DNA of 64,000 bases from Bradymonadia bacterium (GTDB taxonomy: Bacteria > Myxococcota_A > Bradymonadia > UBA7976 > UBA1532): assembly GCA_046290225.1 (NCBI GenBank), contig JBKAGE010000034.1, positions 1 to 64,000 of the forward strand, written 5' to 3'. Below, one piece after another: positions 9,189-19,223 of this stretch. Below the pieces are notes generated by a model that made no database searches, had not been told where the DNA came from, and saw nothing but the letters and a program-made list of their open reading frames with translations. Both the position numbers and the translations under genes were made by a program. Numbering within the stretch: position 1 is the first letter of the stretch; each line of letters begins with the position of its first letter.

Positions 9189-12100
9189 TCACGAAGAGAA
9201 GATCTGGCGCCACCAGAGGCGCCACTCCGCTCGAGCACAATACAAGACGGGCACCACGAAAAGCGTGATCAGCTCGACGAGCATGCCCCCCACCATCGGC
9301 AATGCCATGGGCATCATCACGTCTGCCCCGCGGCCACGGGCGGTGATGACGGGGAGTAGGGCGAGCAGGGTCGTGGCCGTGGTCATCAGGCAGGGCCGCA
9401 CCCGGCGACACCCCGCCTCCAGGGTCCGGCTGCGGATCGCCTCTACGGTTTCCGGTGGGCGGTCCTCGAAACTCTGGTTCAGATAGGTGGACATGACCAC
9501 CCCATCGTCCGTGGCGATGCCGATGAGGGCGATGAACCCCACCCAGACTGCCATGGAGATCTGCACAGGCCCCACCCGGAACACCTCGGACATCGAGACA
9601 CCTGCCACAGTGAAATCCAGTGCGCCCGGCTGGTTGTAGAGCCAGAGCATGGCGAAGCCACCTGCCATCGCAACGGCGACGCCGGAGAACACCATCAACG
9701 CCGTCGTGACCTGGCCGCTCTGCACATAGAGCAGCATGAAGACCACAATGAGCGTCAGCGGCAGCAGCCACATCATGCGCTGCTCGCTCTCCACGTAGTT
9801 GGCATATGTACCGGCGAAGGTGTGGCTCACCCCCTCGGGCACCTTCAACAGCCCTGAATCGATTTGGGCCTGGATGTGTGCCTTCACCTGCTCCACGGCA
9901 TCGATGCGGCCCACCCCCGGGGCGGCATCAAAGAGGACATACCCTACGAGGAACGTGTCCTCTGATTTGATCATTTGCGGACCCTTGACGTAGGCCACCT
10001 CGGCGAGTTGCTGAAGTGGTATGGCGGCCCCTGCCGACGTGTGGATCAACACCCTCTCCAAGGCTTCGATGGATCCCCGCGACTCGGGCATGTAGCGCAA
10101 GCGCACGTCGAAGCGGGCGCGACCCTGAACGGCTCGGGTCAAGGTGGCACCGCCGAGGGCCATCTGCAGGGTCTCTTGCACCTGGGCCACGGTGAGGCCG
10201 TGACGGCCGATGGCCTCGCGATCGATCCGCACCTCGAGGTAGGGCTTGCCCACGATGCGCTCCGCGAACACCGTGGGGGCAGCCACTGCAGGGCTGCTCT
10301 TGAGCAGAGACTCGAGCTGAACGCCGAAGGCTTCGATCGTCTTGAGATCAGGACCCGTGATCTTCACGCCCAGAGGCGACCGCATTCCGCTCTGCAACAT
10401 CACTTGCCGTGCACTGATGGGCATCAGCTGAGGTGCCCCAGTGAGGCCAGGGTGCTCCGCAGCGCGGACGATCTCTGCCCAGATGTCGTCGGGGCTCTTG
10501 ATGTGCGGGCGCCATTGACGTCGGGTGACGCCTTCCTCGGTCACGTACTCGGGCACATAGGTGATCACCGTCTCGATCATGGACACGGGGGCCGGATCGA
10601 GAGGGCTCTCCACTCGACCGAGCTTGCCCACCACTCGATCGACCTCGGGGATGGCCTCGATGGCCGCATCGATGTTGGAGAGCATCTGCGCCACCTCGCC
10701 AATGGAGGCGTGGGGCATCGTGGTGGCCATGTAGAGGAACGCCCCCTCGTCGAAGGGGGGCATGTGAGCCTTGCCGAGGGTGCTCCAGGCGTGCGCCCCG
10801 AACCCCACGATGGCGGCGGGCACGATCAGACTCACCACCTTGTGCCTCAAGATCCAGCCCAGCATCACGGGATAGCCCACGAGGAAGAGCCTGAACGCGA
10901 GGAGCACCCCCACGACGAGGCCGCCGACGAAGAGCGCGTCTAACAGGAGGCCTGCCTCCAGAGGCCGCCAGTCCTTCGCGAGGACGATCAAGAGCCCACC
11001 GACGAGTGCGACGATGAGGGCCCCTTTGAGCACACGAAGGCCCATGTCGAGCCTCTGTCGACGGTGCAAAGCGTATGCGGCGAAGCCAGGGAGGATCGTC
11101 AGGGCCAGGGCCAGTGCGACCAGCATGGCCACGGTCTTGGTGACGGCGAGCGGGCCAAAGAGCCGGAGCTCTGACTCTGTGAGGCCGAACACGGGCAGAA
11201 ACCCCACCACAGTGGTGAGCACCGAGATCAAGACCGCGGGCGCCACCTCCCCCATCGCCGCGGCGATGGCCTGCCCCCTGCCGGATGGGTTCGATGTGTC
11301 GTCGAGATGCCTCTGGATGTTCTCGGTGAACACGATGGAGACATCCACCATGGTGCCGATGGCGATCGCTACCCCACCGAGGGCCATGATGTTGGCCTCC
11401 ACCCCCGTCACCCGCATCACCACCAGGGTGCCCACCACTGCGAGGGGCACCATGAGCGAGATCAGAAGCGAAGCCCCGAGACCGCCGAGCAACATCACCA
11501 CCACGACCACGGTGATGACGATCTGCTGGAACAAGGCCGTGGAGAGCGTGCCCAAGGTCTCGTCGATGAGCGCACTGCGATCGTAGAACGGCACGATGGT
11601 CATCTGGCTGATCGTGCCATCTTCGAGGGTTCGCCGAGGGAGCCCGGCGCTGATGCGCTCGATCTGGGCCTTTACGCCCTCGATGACCGCCCGGGGGTTG
11701 GCCCCGAAGCGCGCCACGACGACGCCGCCGACCGCAGGGGCGCCCGCATCATCAAGGGCGCCTCGCCTGAGGGCTGGCCCCTCGACAACTTGCCCGACAT
11801 CCTGAATGCGAATGGGGGTCAAAGCTCGAGCGCTCACCACAGTGCGCTCGAGATCTTCGATGCCACGCAGCAGGCCCACCCCACGGATCAGATACTCCGC
11901 ACCATTGATTTCCATCGTCCGGGCGCCCACGTCGAGGTTGGCCCCTCGAATGGCCTGGGCCACCCGCCCGAGGGTGACCCCCGCTGCCGCGAGGGCCTCG
12001 GGATCGAGGTTGACCTGATACTCCCGGACGAAGCCCCCGACGGAGGCCACCTCGCTCACCCCCTCCACACCTTGCAGGGCATACCGAATGGTCCAATCCT

Positions 12101-12641
12101 GAGCCGCTCTCAGCTCGTCCTGGTCGAAGCCGCCCACCACCCGGCCCTCAGGATCCCGGCCTTCGAGGGTGTACCAGAAGACTTGCCCCAGGGCCGTGGC
12201 ATCAGGCCCGAGGGTGGGCGTGACGCCCTGAGGCAATGTGCCCGCAGGCAGGGCGGAGAGCTTCTCCAGCACACGGGCCCTGGACCAGTAGAACTCCACA
12301 TCATCGTCGAAGATCACATAGACGCTCGAGAAGCCGAAGGCAGAGGCACTGCGCACGGTGCGCACGCCGGGGATCCCCATCAACGCCCCGGTGAGCGGAT
12401 AGGTGATTTGATCTTCGATGTCCTGGGGTGAGCGACCGGGCCATTCAGTGAAGATGATCTGCTGGTTGTCACCGAGATCGGGGAGCGCATCCACCGGCAC
12501 GGGATCACGGGGCAGACCCTCGAGCCCATCGATCTCGAAGGGCGAGACGTACGCCCCGGCACCCATGAGCACACAGGTCATCAGCGCGGCGACGAGCCGA
12601 TGCTCCACCAGCCACGCCACACAGGTGGCGACGAATGTCAT
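9189..12641 (-). CDS. cusA: CusA/CzcA-family heavy-metal RND efflux permease (Cu/Ag type)
   Basis: DALPDLGDNQQIIFTEWPGRSPQDIEDQITYPL; LGPDATALGQV; AIGTMVD; RVRPCLMTTATT; MMPMALPMVGG. Start moved to ATG 12641. Confidence 0.93.
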   Translation of the reverse strand: MTFVATCVAWLVEHRLVAALMTCVLMGAGAYVSPFEIDGLEGLPRDPVPVDALPDLGDNQQIIFTEWPGRSPQDIEDQITYPLTGALMGIPGVRTVRSASAFGFSSVYVIFDDDVEFYWSRARVLEKLSALPAGTLPQGVTPTLGPDATALGQVFWYTLEGRDPEGRVVGGFDQDELRAAQDWTIRYALQGVEGVSEVASVGGFVREYQVNLDPEALAAAGVTLGRVAQAIRGANLDVGARTMEINGAEYLIRGVGLLRGIEDLERTVVSARALTPIRIQDVGQVVEGPALRRGALDDAGAPAVGGVVVARFGANPRAVIEGVKAQIERISAGLPRRTLEDGTISQMTIVPFYDRSALIDETLGTLSTALFQQIVITVVVVVMLLGGLGASLLISLMVPLAVVGTLVVMRVTGVEANIMALGGVAIAIGTMVDVSIVFTENIQRHLDDTSNPSGRGQAIAAAMGEVAPAVLISVLTTVVGFLPVFGLTESELRLFGPLAVTKTVAMLVALALALTILPGFAAYALHRRQRLDMGLRVLKGALIVALVGGLLIVLAKDWRPLEAGLLLDALFVGGLVVGVLLAFRLFLVGYPVMLGWILRHKVVSLIVPAAIVGFGAHAWSTLGKAHMPPFDEGAFLYMATTMPHASIGEVAQMLSNIDAAIEAIPEVDRVVGKLGRVESPLDPAPVSMIETVITYVPEYVTEEGVTRRQWRPHIKSPDDIWAEIVRAAEHPGLTGAPQLMPISARQVMLQSGMRSPLGVKITGPDLKTIEAFGVQLESLLKSSPAVAAPTVFAERIVGKPYLEVRIDREAIGRHGLTVAQVQETLQMALGGATLTRAVQGRARFDVRLRYMPESRGSIEALERVLIHTSAGAAIPLQQLAEVAYVKGPQMIKSEDTFLVGYVLFDAAPGVGRIDAVEQVKAHIQAQIDSGLLKVPEGVSHTFAGTYANYVESEQRMMWLLPLTLIVVFMLLYVQSGQVTTALMVFSGVAVAMAGGFAMLWLYNQPGALDFTVAGVSMSEVFRVGPVQISMAVWVGFIALIGIATDDGVVMSTYLNQSFEDRPPETVEAIRSRTLEAGCRRVRPCLMTTATTLLALLPVITARGRGADVMMPMALPMVGGMLVELITLFVVPVLYCARAEWRLWWRQIFSS

Positions 12642-12651
12642 GGTGTGCTGC

Positions 12652-14445
12652 TCACGGGCGCTGATCCGCGAGGTAGTCTCCGGGACCGAGGCTGGCCTCA
12701 ATGGTGCCGCACCGACGCATCTTCGCCCCAAAGTAGGCATTGTCGACGGTGTCACCTGACTGCACCCACCGAGCCCCCCTGTTGTCGAAGGCCATGGGGC
12801 AATAGGCGACTCGGATCGGCGCGTCGAGCGGGTTCCCCACCTCGGACAACAAGGCTGTGAAGGCGAGACTCAGCCCTTCGAAGGGCACTCGCCCGTCCTC
12901 CAGTGACGCCGCCTCACTGATCCCCCAGGCGCCCTGTTGCAACGCTGAGCGTCTCTCGGACCAGTGTGCGGCAAGACCACCGCCGTCGAATGCGTCCATG
13001 CCGGGAAGACTTTGGAGGAACGCCTCAGAGGCTGACTTCGCCTCTGACAACTCGTCTGCGGCGAGGGCCCTGGAGATCTCCAAGTAGTGACGGGCCAGCG
13101 GCGCGAGGCGCTGACGCTGTGCCTTGGTGATCTTCACGAGCCTGACTGGCGCCGGCCCCTCGTCGTCAGGGCCCGACATCATGCCTGGGCCGCCCTTGAT
13201 CTGCAGATCAGCGTCGAGGGTGAAGGCTCCCCGAGTGACCACGCGCTCTCCCTCCCTGAGCCCTGAGAGAACTGGGTAGACGCCACCGACTCGGGCCCCG
13301 AGACGTACAGTTCGAGGCGTATATCGATGCCGATCTCCGTCATCGGTCTCCACATAGACAATGGCGCGTCGGCCGGTGAGCAGCGGCGCAGTATCGGGGA
13401 TGACCAGGGGCGGCGGCCCCATGTCGGTGGGGGTGATCGTGCCCTCGATCCGCATCCCCGGACGCAGCACGCCTTTGGGGTTGTCCAGCTGTACCCTCAC
13501 CTGGGCGGTCCGAAGACGACGGTCCACAGTGGGCTCGATGAACGTAATCCTCCCCTCAAATGTGGACTCGGGGGCGCCGGGCAGGGCGATGGACACCTGC
13601 TGCCCCACGGAGAGCCGCTGAAGATCGTCCTCATAGGCGTCGAGCAGGGCCCACACACCGCCAAGATCGGCCACTCGATACAACGGAGCACCAGGCTCCA
13701 CCGAGTCACCTTCAGCAACGAGGCGCTCAAGCACTGTGCCAGCGAAGGGACTGCGAATGGTCACGTAGCGGTCGGGGCGCTGGCGACGGGCAATGGCGTC
13801 GATGGACCGGTCGGAGACGCCGAGGAGAGAGAGCTTCGTCCGCACAGCCTCCACCGTGGCCTTGGCGCCCTGCCGCACGGACTCTGGAGCATTCTCGAGC
13901 CGCTTGACCTGAGCCACCGCCACCTGCAGGTCTTTACTGGCGGTGAAAATCTCCGGGCTGTAGAGGCGGGCGATCCGCTGACCACGTTTGATGGTCTCCC
14001 CTGTGGTCTTGACGTCGAGTCGATGTATCCGACCCCCCGCCCAGGCAGTGACGGCTTTCAGCCTGCCTTCGTCCTCGGCAAGCAACCCCTGCAACACCAT
14101 GGCGCCGGAGTCTGGTCGACGACGGACCACCTCGGTGGTGCGGATGCGGGCGAGTGCCTGTGCCCTGGCGGAGAGTCGCACGCTGCTCTCATCGCCCTGC
14201 TCCTGGCTCTGAGGAATGAGATCCATGCCACACAGCGGGCAAGCGCCCGGACCTGCCTGCTGCACTTGCGGATGCATCGAGCAGGTCCAGATCTCCTCAG
14301 TGTGGTGATGCGCTTGAGCATGATCCGTATGCTGATGCGTCGTCTCGGTGACCTCTGCTCCGGGTCGCCCGACCCAGAGCACCAGCCCGGCACCGAGGGC
14401 AAGGCCCACCACAAGCCCAGCGGCGATGGAGGAACGCTCAATCAC
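12652..14445 (-). CDS. cusB: CusB-like RND periplasmic adaptor with N-terminal heavy-metal-binding motif and C-terminal DUF3347-like domain
   Basis: WTCSMHPQVQQAGPGACPLCGMDL; YSPE; LRPGM; C-terminal YCPMAFDNRGARW...NAYFG.KM.RCG. GTG start at 14445 with AGGAGG RBS, overlapping the TolC stop. Confidence 0.88.
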   Translation of the reverse strand: MIERSSIAAGLVVGLALGAGLVLWVGRPGAEVTETTHQHTDHAQAHHHTEEIWTCSMHPQVQQAGPGACPLCGMDLIPQSQEQGDESSVRLSARAQALARIRTTEVVRRRPDSGAMVLQGLLAEDEGRLKAVTAWAGGRIHRLDVKTTGETIKRGQRIARLYSPEIFTASKDLQVAVAQVKRLENAPESVRQGAKATVEAVRTKLSLLGVSDRSIDAIARRQRPDRYVTIRSPFAGTVLERLVAEGDSVEPGAPLYRVADLGGVWALLDAYEDDLQRLSVGQQVSIALPGAPESTFEGRITFIEPTVDRRLRTAQVRVQLDNPKGVLRPGMRIEGTITPTDMGPPPLVIPDTAPLLTGRRAIVYVETDDGDRHRYTPRTVRLGARVGGVYPVLSGLREGERVVTRGAFTLDADLQIKGGPGMMSGPDDEGPAPVRLVKITKAQRQRLAPLARHYLEISRALAADELSEAKSASEAFLQSLPGMDAFDGGGLAAHWSERRSALQQGAWGISEAASLEDGRVPFEGLSLAFTALLSEVGNPLDAPIRVAYCPMAFDNRGARWVQSGDTVDNAYFGAKMRRCGTIEASLGPGDYLADQRP

Positions 14446-15778
14446 GTGGACCTCCTGCGGACTCCCCGACGAGGGCGGCCCATTGAGCCAGGGCGATGGC
14501 ATAGTCCGCTCGCCCTCTGGCCTCGGAGATCTGCAGATCGAGCAACGTCCTTTGGGCAAGCAGCACAGTGTCACCGCTGGCCTCTCCAGCGCTGTACGCC
14601 CCAAGGGCGGCGTCGAAGGCAGCCTGCGCCTGAGGCAGAAGAGTGTTGCGGTGGACCTCGACTCGACGCTGTGCATCGGCGATGCGGTGACCAGTGGCTT
14701 CGATCTCGGCCCTCTGGCTCTCCCTGTCGGCCTGCTGCCAGGCACGGGCCTCTTCGGCGAGCTCGAGGGCGCTGCGCACCTCTGCCCCCACGGCTTCTCG
14801 CCAGAGCGGTATGGACATACCCACGGCCACAACGAGGGCGTCACGCCCGTCGTCTTCGAGGTTCATCTGATCTCGGGCGCCCACCAGAATCCAGTCGAAC
14901 CCCACGACGAAACGGGGCATCCCCGAGGCGGAGATCGCCTCTGCCCGGGCGAGCTGAGCATCGACGAGATGCCCTCTCGCAGTGATCCTGGGGTGTACAC
15001 CGAGGTCATGGCTCGAGTTGAGGCTTGAGGCCTCCCCGGGCTCGGGAGGCTGATCTCCCGTCGGCAATTCGACCCCCTCGGGGAGACCGAGGAGACCTCT
15101 GAGGTGGGCCCGCAAAGCAGCTTGCTCTGCCATCAGACTCGCCACGCGCTCACCGAGCTGAGCCCCCTCCAATTCGAGCCGCTGCAGTGCCACGATGTCT
15201 GTTTTCTGCGTCGCGAGGCGTCCACGATAAATCTCACCAAGCCCGGTGACGATGACCTGATGCGCTTGCACCCGCTTTTGTGTCTCCTGGAGCGCCCAGA
15301 GGGACCAGTAGACGAACGAAATACGAGACTCCAAGTCCAATGCCTGGGCCTTGACCTGATCATCGAAGGCTCTGGCCTGGGCGGCTGCGCTCTCGACTTC
15401 AGCGGTGATCCCGCCAGGCCATGGGATGGTCTGCTTGATCCCCAGACGGGCCCTCTGGGGACCGACTCGGGTCTCCACCGGACTGACGAAGTACCCAGCA
15501 GAGATCTGCGGATCAGGCCACCTCTCAGCGCCAATGGCTCCAGCACGGGCGCTGCGTGCCCGGGCACGCAGCGCCTTCAACCTCGGATGGCGGGCCCTGG
15601 CGTACTCGAGGTAGTCGCCCAAGGCACCCGTGAAGTCCTTCTTCGATGAGGCTTCCACACCTGGCGCCTTGCGGAGGCCACTGGATGCCGCTGAGGACGG
15701 TGCCATTGCCCTGGATCCCGCACATCCAGCCCCCACCAGTCCCAGAGACAACCCGACTACGAGCCAGAGCGCCCTCAT
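14438..15778 (-). CDS. TolC/CusC-family outer-membrane efflux lipoprotein
   Basis: Lipobox VGAGC; PDPQI...PVETRVGPQ...KQTIPWPG; helical repeats; position upstream of the cusB/cusA pair. ATG 15778 with GAGGAG RBS. Confidence 0.85.
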   Translation of the reverse strand: MRALWLVVGLSLGLVGAGCAGSRAMAPSSAASSGLRKAPGVEASSKKDFTGALGDYLEYARARHPRLKALRARARSARAGAIGAERWPDPQISAGYFVSPVETRVGPQRARLGIKQTIPWPGGITAEVESAAAQARAFDDQVKAQALDLESRISFVYWSLWALQETQKRVQAHQVIVTGLGEIYRGRLATQKTDIVALQRLELEGAQLGERVASLMAEQAALRAHLRGLLGLPEGVELPTGDQPPEPGEASSLNSSHDLGVHPRITARGHLVDAQLARAEAISASGMPRFVVGFDWILVGARDQMNLEDDGRDALVVAVGMSIPLWREAVGAEVRSALELAEEARAWQQADRESQRAEIEATGHRIADAQRRVEVHRNTLLPQAQAAFDAALGAYSAGEASGDTVLLAQRTLLDLQISEARGRADYAIALAQWAALVGESAGGPRD

Positions 15779-15791
15779 CGACGAGCTCCTC

Positions 15792-16205
15792 TCACTGAAC
15801 CGCGACGATGCTGCCCTTGAACATCCCCATTCCACAGGTGAAGGCGATGGTCTCATCGGCCTTGGGGGTCAGGTTGATGGTGACCGCCTGATTCAGCGGC
15901 AGAGGCTTCTTGATGTCGTACTTGGGAAACACGATCTCCTCACCACACACGCTCTCGCTGGTCCGAGTGAAGGTCAGCGCCAGAGGCACCCCACCCCTGG
16001 CGCTGATCTGATCCGGGGTGTACCCCGCGTCACCCACTGTGACGCTCACGGATACAGGGGCAGACTTCTTCGTGGGCGTGGTGCTTTTGACTGCCGGAGA
16101 GGTGCTCGGGGGCGCCGCCTTCTCCGAAGCAGGCTCGTTGGCCTTGTCACCTTTGCAGCCGAAGGTGCTGAGCGCCATTGAGATGAAGAGGAGGGTGAAA
16201 CGCAT
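15792..16205 (-). CDS. cupredoxin-domain lipoprotein (CupA-like copper chaperone)
   Basis: Lipobox TFGC; GYTPDQI; SVCGEEIVFP; FTCGMGMFKGSIV. ATG 16205. Confidence 0.85.
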   Translation of the reverse strand: MRFTLLFISMALSTFGCKGDKANEPASEKAAPPSTSPAVKSTTPTKKSAPVSVSVTVGDAGYTPDQISARGGVPLALTFTRTSESVCGEEIVFPKYDIKKPLPLNQAVTINLTPKADETIAFTCGMGMFKGSIVAVQ

Positions 16206-16244
16206 ATCGTCCTCGAATCTGGTCATCGTCGAACCGTTCGAGAG

Positions 16245-16260
16245 AGCACGGATCGTGCCA
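16245..16260 (-). promoter_or_regulatory. sigma54 (-24/-12) promoter of the cupredoxin-tolC-cusBA-MCO operon
   Basis: Minus strand reads TGGCACG-ATCC-GTGCT, matching TGGCACG-N4-TTGCW, 40 nt upstream of the start and directly downstream of a sigma54 activator gene. Confidence 0.8.
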
Positions 16261-16310
16261 TGGCAGCGAACCGCCGCGTACCTCATCTGGGTGGCGGGGC
16301 TGGCCTCTCG

Positions 16311-16351
16311 GTGTGACTGAGTGGGTTACAGTGAGACCCGCCCAGTCACAC
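16311..16351. promoter_or_regulatory. inverted repeat: candidate enhancer (UAS) for the sigma54 activator, or terminator
   Basis: GTGTGACTGAGTGGGT-N9-ACCCGCCCAGTCACAC, 50-90 bp upstream of the -24 box and directly after the activator stop; no U-tract. Confidence 0.55.
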
Positions 16352-16352
16352 A

Positions 16353-17732
16353 TCAGCGAAAATCTGCTGGGTTCACACCGTGCTTTCGCAACAGGCGATA
16401 AAAACTCTCCCGCTCGACCCCGGCGAGGGACGCAGCCTCGGAGACTTTGCCACCACAGCGTCTGAGCAACGCCCTGAGATATCGGCGCCCAGTGTCTGCT
16501 CTGCCTTTGTCCAGAGCCTCAGCCCATGTGTAGCTGGCCAGCGCTGGATCTCCTGGAGCCCCTGGACGCGGCCGAGACAGCTCGGGGGGCAGGTCCACGA
16601 TGTCGATGCGGGGACCATTGGCCACGATACAGGCCCGCTCCACAGCAGCCTTCAGCTGCCTGACATTGCCTGGCCACGCATACTGAGAGATCGCCTCGAT
16701 GGCTGCGGGCGAGAAGCCCTCAAGGGTGTGACGTCGCCGACCCGCCTGGATCTCGAGGAAGTGATGGGCGAGCAATACGATGTCGTCACCGCGATCTCGG
16801 AGCGGAGGCAACTCGATCACCGCCACATTGAGCCGGTACCAGAGATCCTGCCGAAAGCTCCCTTCAGCCACCATCGACTCGAGATCGCGATGGGTGGCGG
16901 CGATGAGGCGCACGTCGACGGGCCGCTCCCTGGCTTCACCGAGCCGGCGAATCTTTCGCTCCTCGAGTACACGGGTGAGTTTGGCCTGAAGCGAGGGACG
17001 CATGTCACCGATCTCGTCGAGCAGCAGACTGCCGGTGTGTGCCTCTTCAAAGAGGCCCTTCCGATCAGCCACGGCTCCGGTAAAGGCCCCCTTCACATGA
17101 CCGAACAGCTCGCTCTCCAAGAGCTCCACCGGCACAGCGGCGCAATTGAGCGCTACGCACCTCTGCCCGGCCCGAGGGCTCAGGTCGTGAATCGCCCGGG
17201 CCACACGCTCTTTTCCTGTCCCCGTCTCTCCGAGGATGAGGGCGGTGACGTCACTGTCGGCGATCCGGCGGACCATCTCGGCCATCTGCTGCATGACCAT
17301 GGACTGAGCGATCACACCAGGGAGCACCTCATGGGCTGTATCCACATGGCTGATCTGGGCGGCGACACCTTGAGCGAGAGCTTTGAGCAGGATCCCGCGG
17401 GCAGCGTCGGGATCGAAGGGCTTGGTGAGATAGTCGAAGGCCCCGAGCTTCAGCGCCTCTACGGCGGTGTCGACGGTGGCGTAGGCAGTCATCAGGACGA
17501 AGGCGGCATGAGGCTGCCGACGCCGACACACCCTGAGTACGTCGAGCCCTTCCATGTCGGGCATCTTGAGATCGCACAACACCGCGTGCACGGGGTGTTG
17601 TTCGAGCTGCTCTATGGCCTCGGCGCCACAGTAGGCGGTGCGAATCTGCGCCACATCCCCCATGACCTTGGCCATCAACCGCACCATATTTCGTTTGTCA
17701 TCGACGATGAGCAAACTGGGCAGTGGACTCAC
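16353..17732 (-). CDS. sigma54-dependent NtrC-family response regulator (CorR-like)
   Basis: Receiver domain (LLIVDD, CDLKMP, KPF), Walker A GETGTGKE, GAFTGA, LLLDEIG, WPGNVRQL and a Fis-type HTH. GTGA overlap with the kinase stop. Confidence 0.93.
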   Translation of the reverse strand: MSPLPSLLIVDDKRNMVRLMAKVMGDVAQIRTAYCGAEAIEQLEQHPVHAVLCDLKMPDMEGLDVLRVCRRRQPHAAFVLMTAYATVDTAVEALKLGAFDYLTKPFDPDAARGILLKALAQGVAAQISHVDTAHEVLPGVIAQSMVMQQMAEMVRRIADSDVTALILGETGTGKERVARAIHDLSPRAGQRCVALNCAAVPVELLESELFGHVKGAFTGAVADRKGLFEEAHTGSLLLDEIGDMRPSLQAKLTRVLEERKIRRLGEARERPVDVRLIAATHRDLESMVAEGSFRQDLWYRLNVAVIELPPLRDRGDDIVLLAHHFLEIQAGRRRHTLEGFSPAAIEAISQYAWPGNVRQLKAAVERACIVANGPRIDIVDLPPELSRPRPGAPGDPALASYTWAEALDKGRADTGRRYLRALLRRCGGKVSEAASLAGVERESFYRLLRKHGVNPADFR

Positions 17733-19186
17733 GTGGCACTCTCCTCGACCTGGGTGGGCAATCGCACCTCGAAGATCGTCCCTCTGTCGCCGTTCGGTCT
17801 CAGGGAGATCTGCCCACGATGCCCTTTGATGATGCCCTCGCACACCGCAAGGCCGAGACCGCTTCCGTCCCTACGACGGGTGAAGAAGGGCTCGAACACC
17901 CTCGGACGATCTTCCACGGCCACACCAGGACCGCGATCGCGTACTTCGAAGGCATAGTGATCTGCTCGCACTTCACCCTTCAACTCGATGGCCGCGCCCT
18001 CTTGAGAAGCCTGTGCAGCATTGGTCAACAGGTTCAACACGACCTGTCGCACACGATCATGATCCGCCATTGCGATCCCCGATTCGACCTCCACCTCTAC
18101 GGAGACCCCCCTGGACGCATCACTCTCGACGAAGCGGCGAGCCACCTCGGCCAGCATGGCACCCATGGCCACGGGGGCGATGTCGAGCTGGTCAGCTCGA
18201 GCATAGGCCAGCAGATCATGGGCGATTCGCTGGCAGTGGCCCGCCTCCTCGTCCAAGATGGCCAGCTCCTCTCGGAGCATTTCTGCGTCCTCCTCGGGGC
18301 TCATGGTCTTCAAATATCCACGAATGATCCCGATGGGGTTGTTCAGCTCGTGTGCGATACCGGCTGCAAGCTGCCCGATGGCGGCCATACGCTCACTCTG
18401 TAAAATACTCTTCTCGCGCCGGGCCAGCTCATCAGCCATGGCATCGAAGGCCTGACCCAAATCAGCGAGCTCTCCCCGACCCTCGAGCCCCACCCTTGAA
18501 GAGAAATCTCCCTGCCCCACCAGCCGCGCAGCCTGGCCAAGGGTGAGCAATGGCTGTACCACCACCCGCCTCAACCTCAATGTGAACACCACTGATAGAC
18601 AGAGGACGAGGGCGATGCACAACACGCCAATGATCAACCCCAACCGTGTGGAGTCCGTAGCTTGGACATGGGCGTGCATCATCTGATGGCTTGCAGCCCG
18701 AGCAAGGGCATCTCCAAGGAGACCGGCGGTGCGGGTGCGCTCGATGAGGGCGAGCCTGCGGACCGAGACGTCCTCTCCAGCGACCTGGGCTGCCCTGAGA
18801 GCACCAAAGCCCCCGTGTAGCTGCTCGATGTGCCGAGCGAGATCGCTCAACCGGTGGTGCTCTGCCTTGGGGAGCCGGGATTCGAGGGCGGCGATGCTTG
18901 CCAGGGCTTGCCTCCGACTGGCGTCATAGCCATCGAGGCTGGCACTGGCGCCTTCGGACATCGCACGCTCCATCTCGAGTGCGAGATCACGCACTGAGGT
19001 CGCGAGGTCGAGGCCCTGTTGGATCGAGGTCTCGTCGTGACGCATGCCTGCCACCAGATCGGAGACATCGTCGATGATGCTGAGCAACATCGCGCACATG
19101 ACCACCGCCACTACACTCACCGCCAGGAAGCCCAAGGCCACCTGTCGGCTGATGAAGCCCCCTCGAGGCTGAGCCTGCGCGTTCAT
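17729..19186 (-). CDS. HAMP-domain sensor histidine kinase (CorS-like)
   Basis: Two TM helices flanking a periplasmic domain with HQMMHAH; HAMP; AHELNNP H-box; NLLTNA, DRGPG, FEPFFT and GSGLGL boxes. Confidence 0.92.
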   Translation of the reverse strand: MNAQAQPRGGFISRQVALGFLAVSVVAVVMCAMLLSIIDDVSDLVAGMRHDETSIQQGLDLATSVRDLALEMERAMSEGASASLDGYDASRRQALASIAALESRLPKAEHHRLSDLARHIEQLHGGFGALRAAQVAGEDVSVRRLALIERTRTAGLLGDALARAASHQMMHAHVQATDSTRLGLIIGVLCIALVLCLSVVFTLRLRRVVVQPLLTLGQAARLVGQGDFSSRVGLEGRGELADLGQAFDAMADELARREKSILQSERMAAIGQLAAGIAHELNNPIGIIRGYLKTMSPEEDAEMLREELAILDEEAGHCQRIAHDLLAYARADQLDIAPVAMGAMLAEVARRFVESDASRGVSVEVEVESGIAMADHDRVRQVVLNLLTNAAQASQEGAAIELKGEVRADHYAFEVRDRGPGVAVEDRPRVFEPFFTRRRDGSGLGLAVCEGIIKGHRGQISLRPNGDRGTIFEVRLPTQVEESAT

Positions 19187-19223
19187 GGGCCCCCGACGGA
19201 GATCTGAGCGCAATCGAGAAGGC

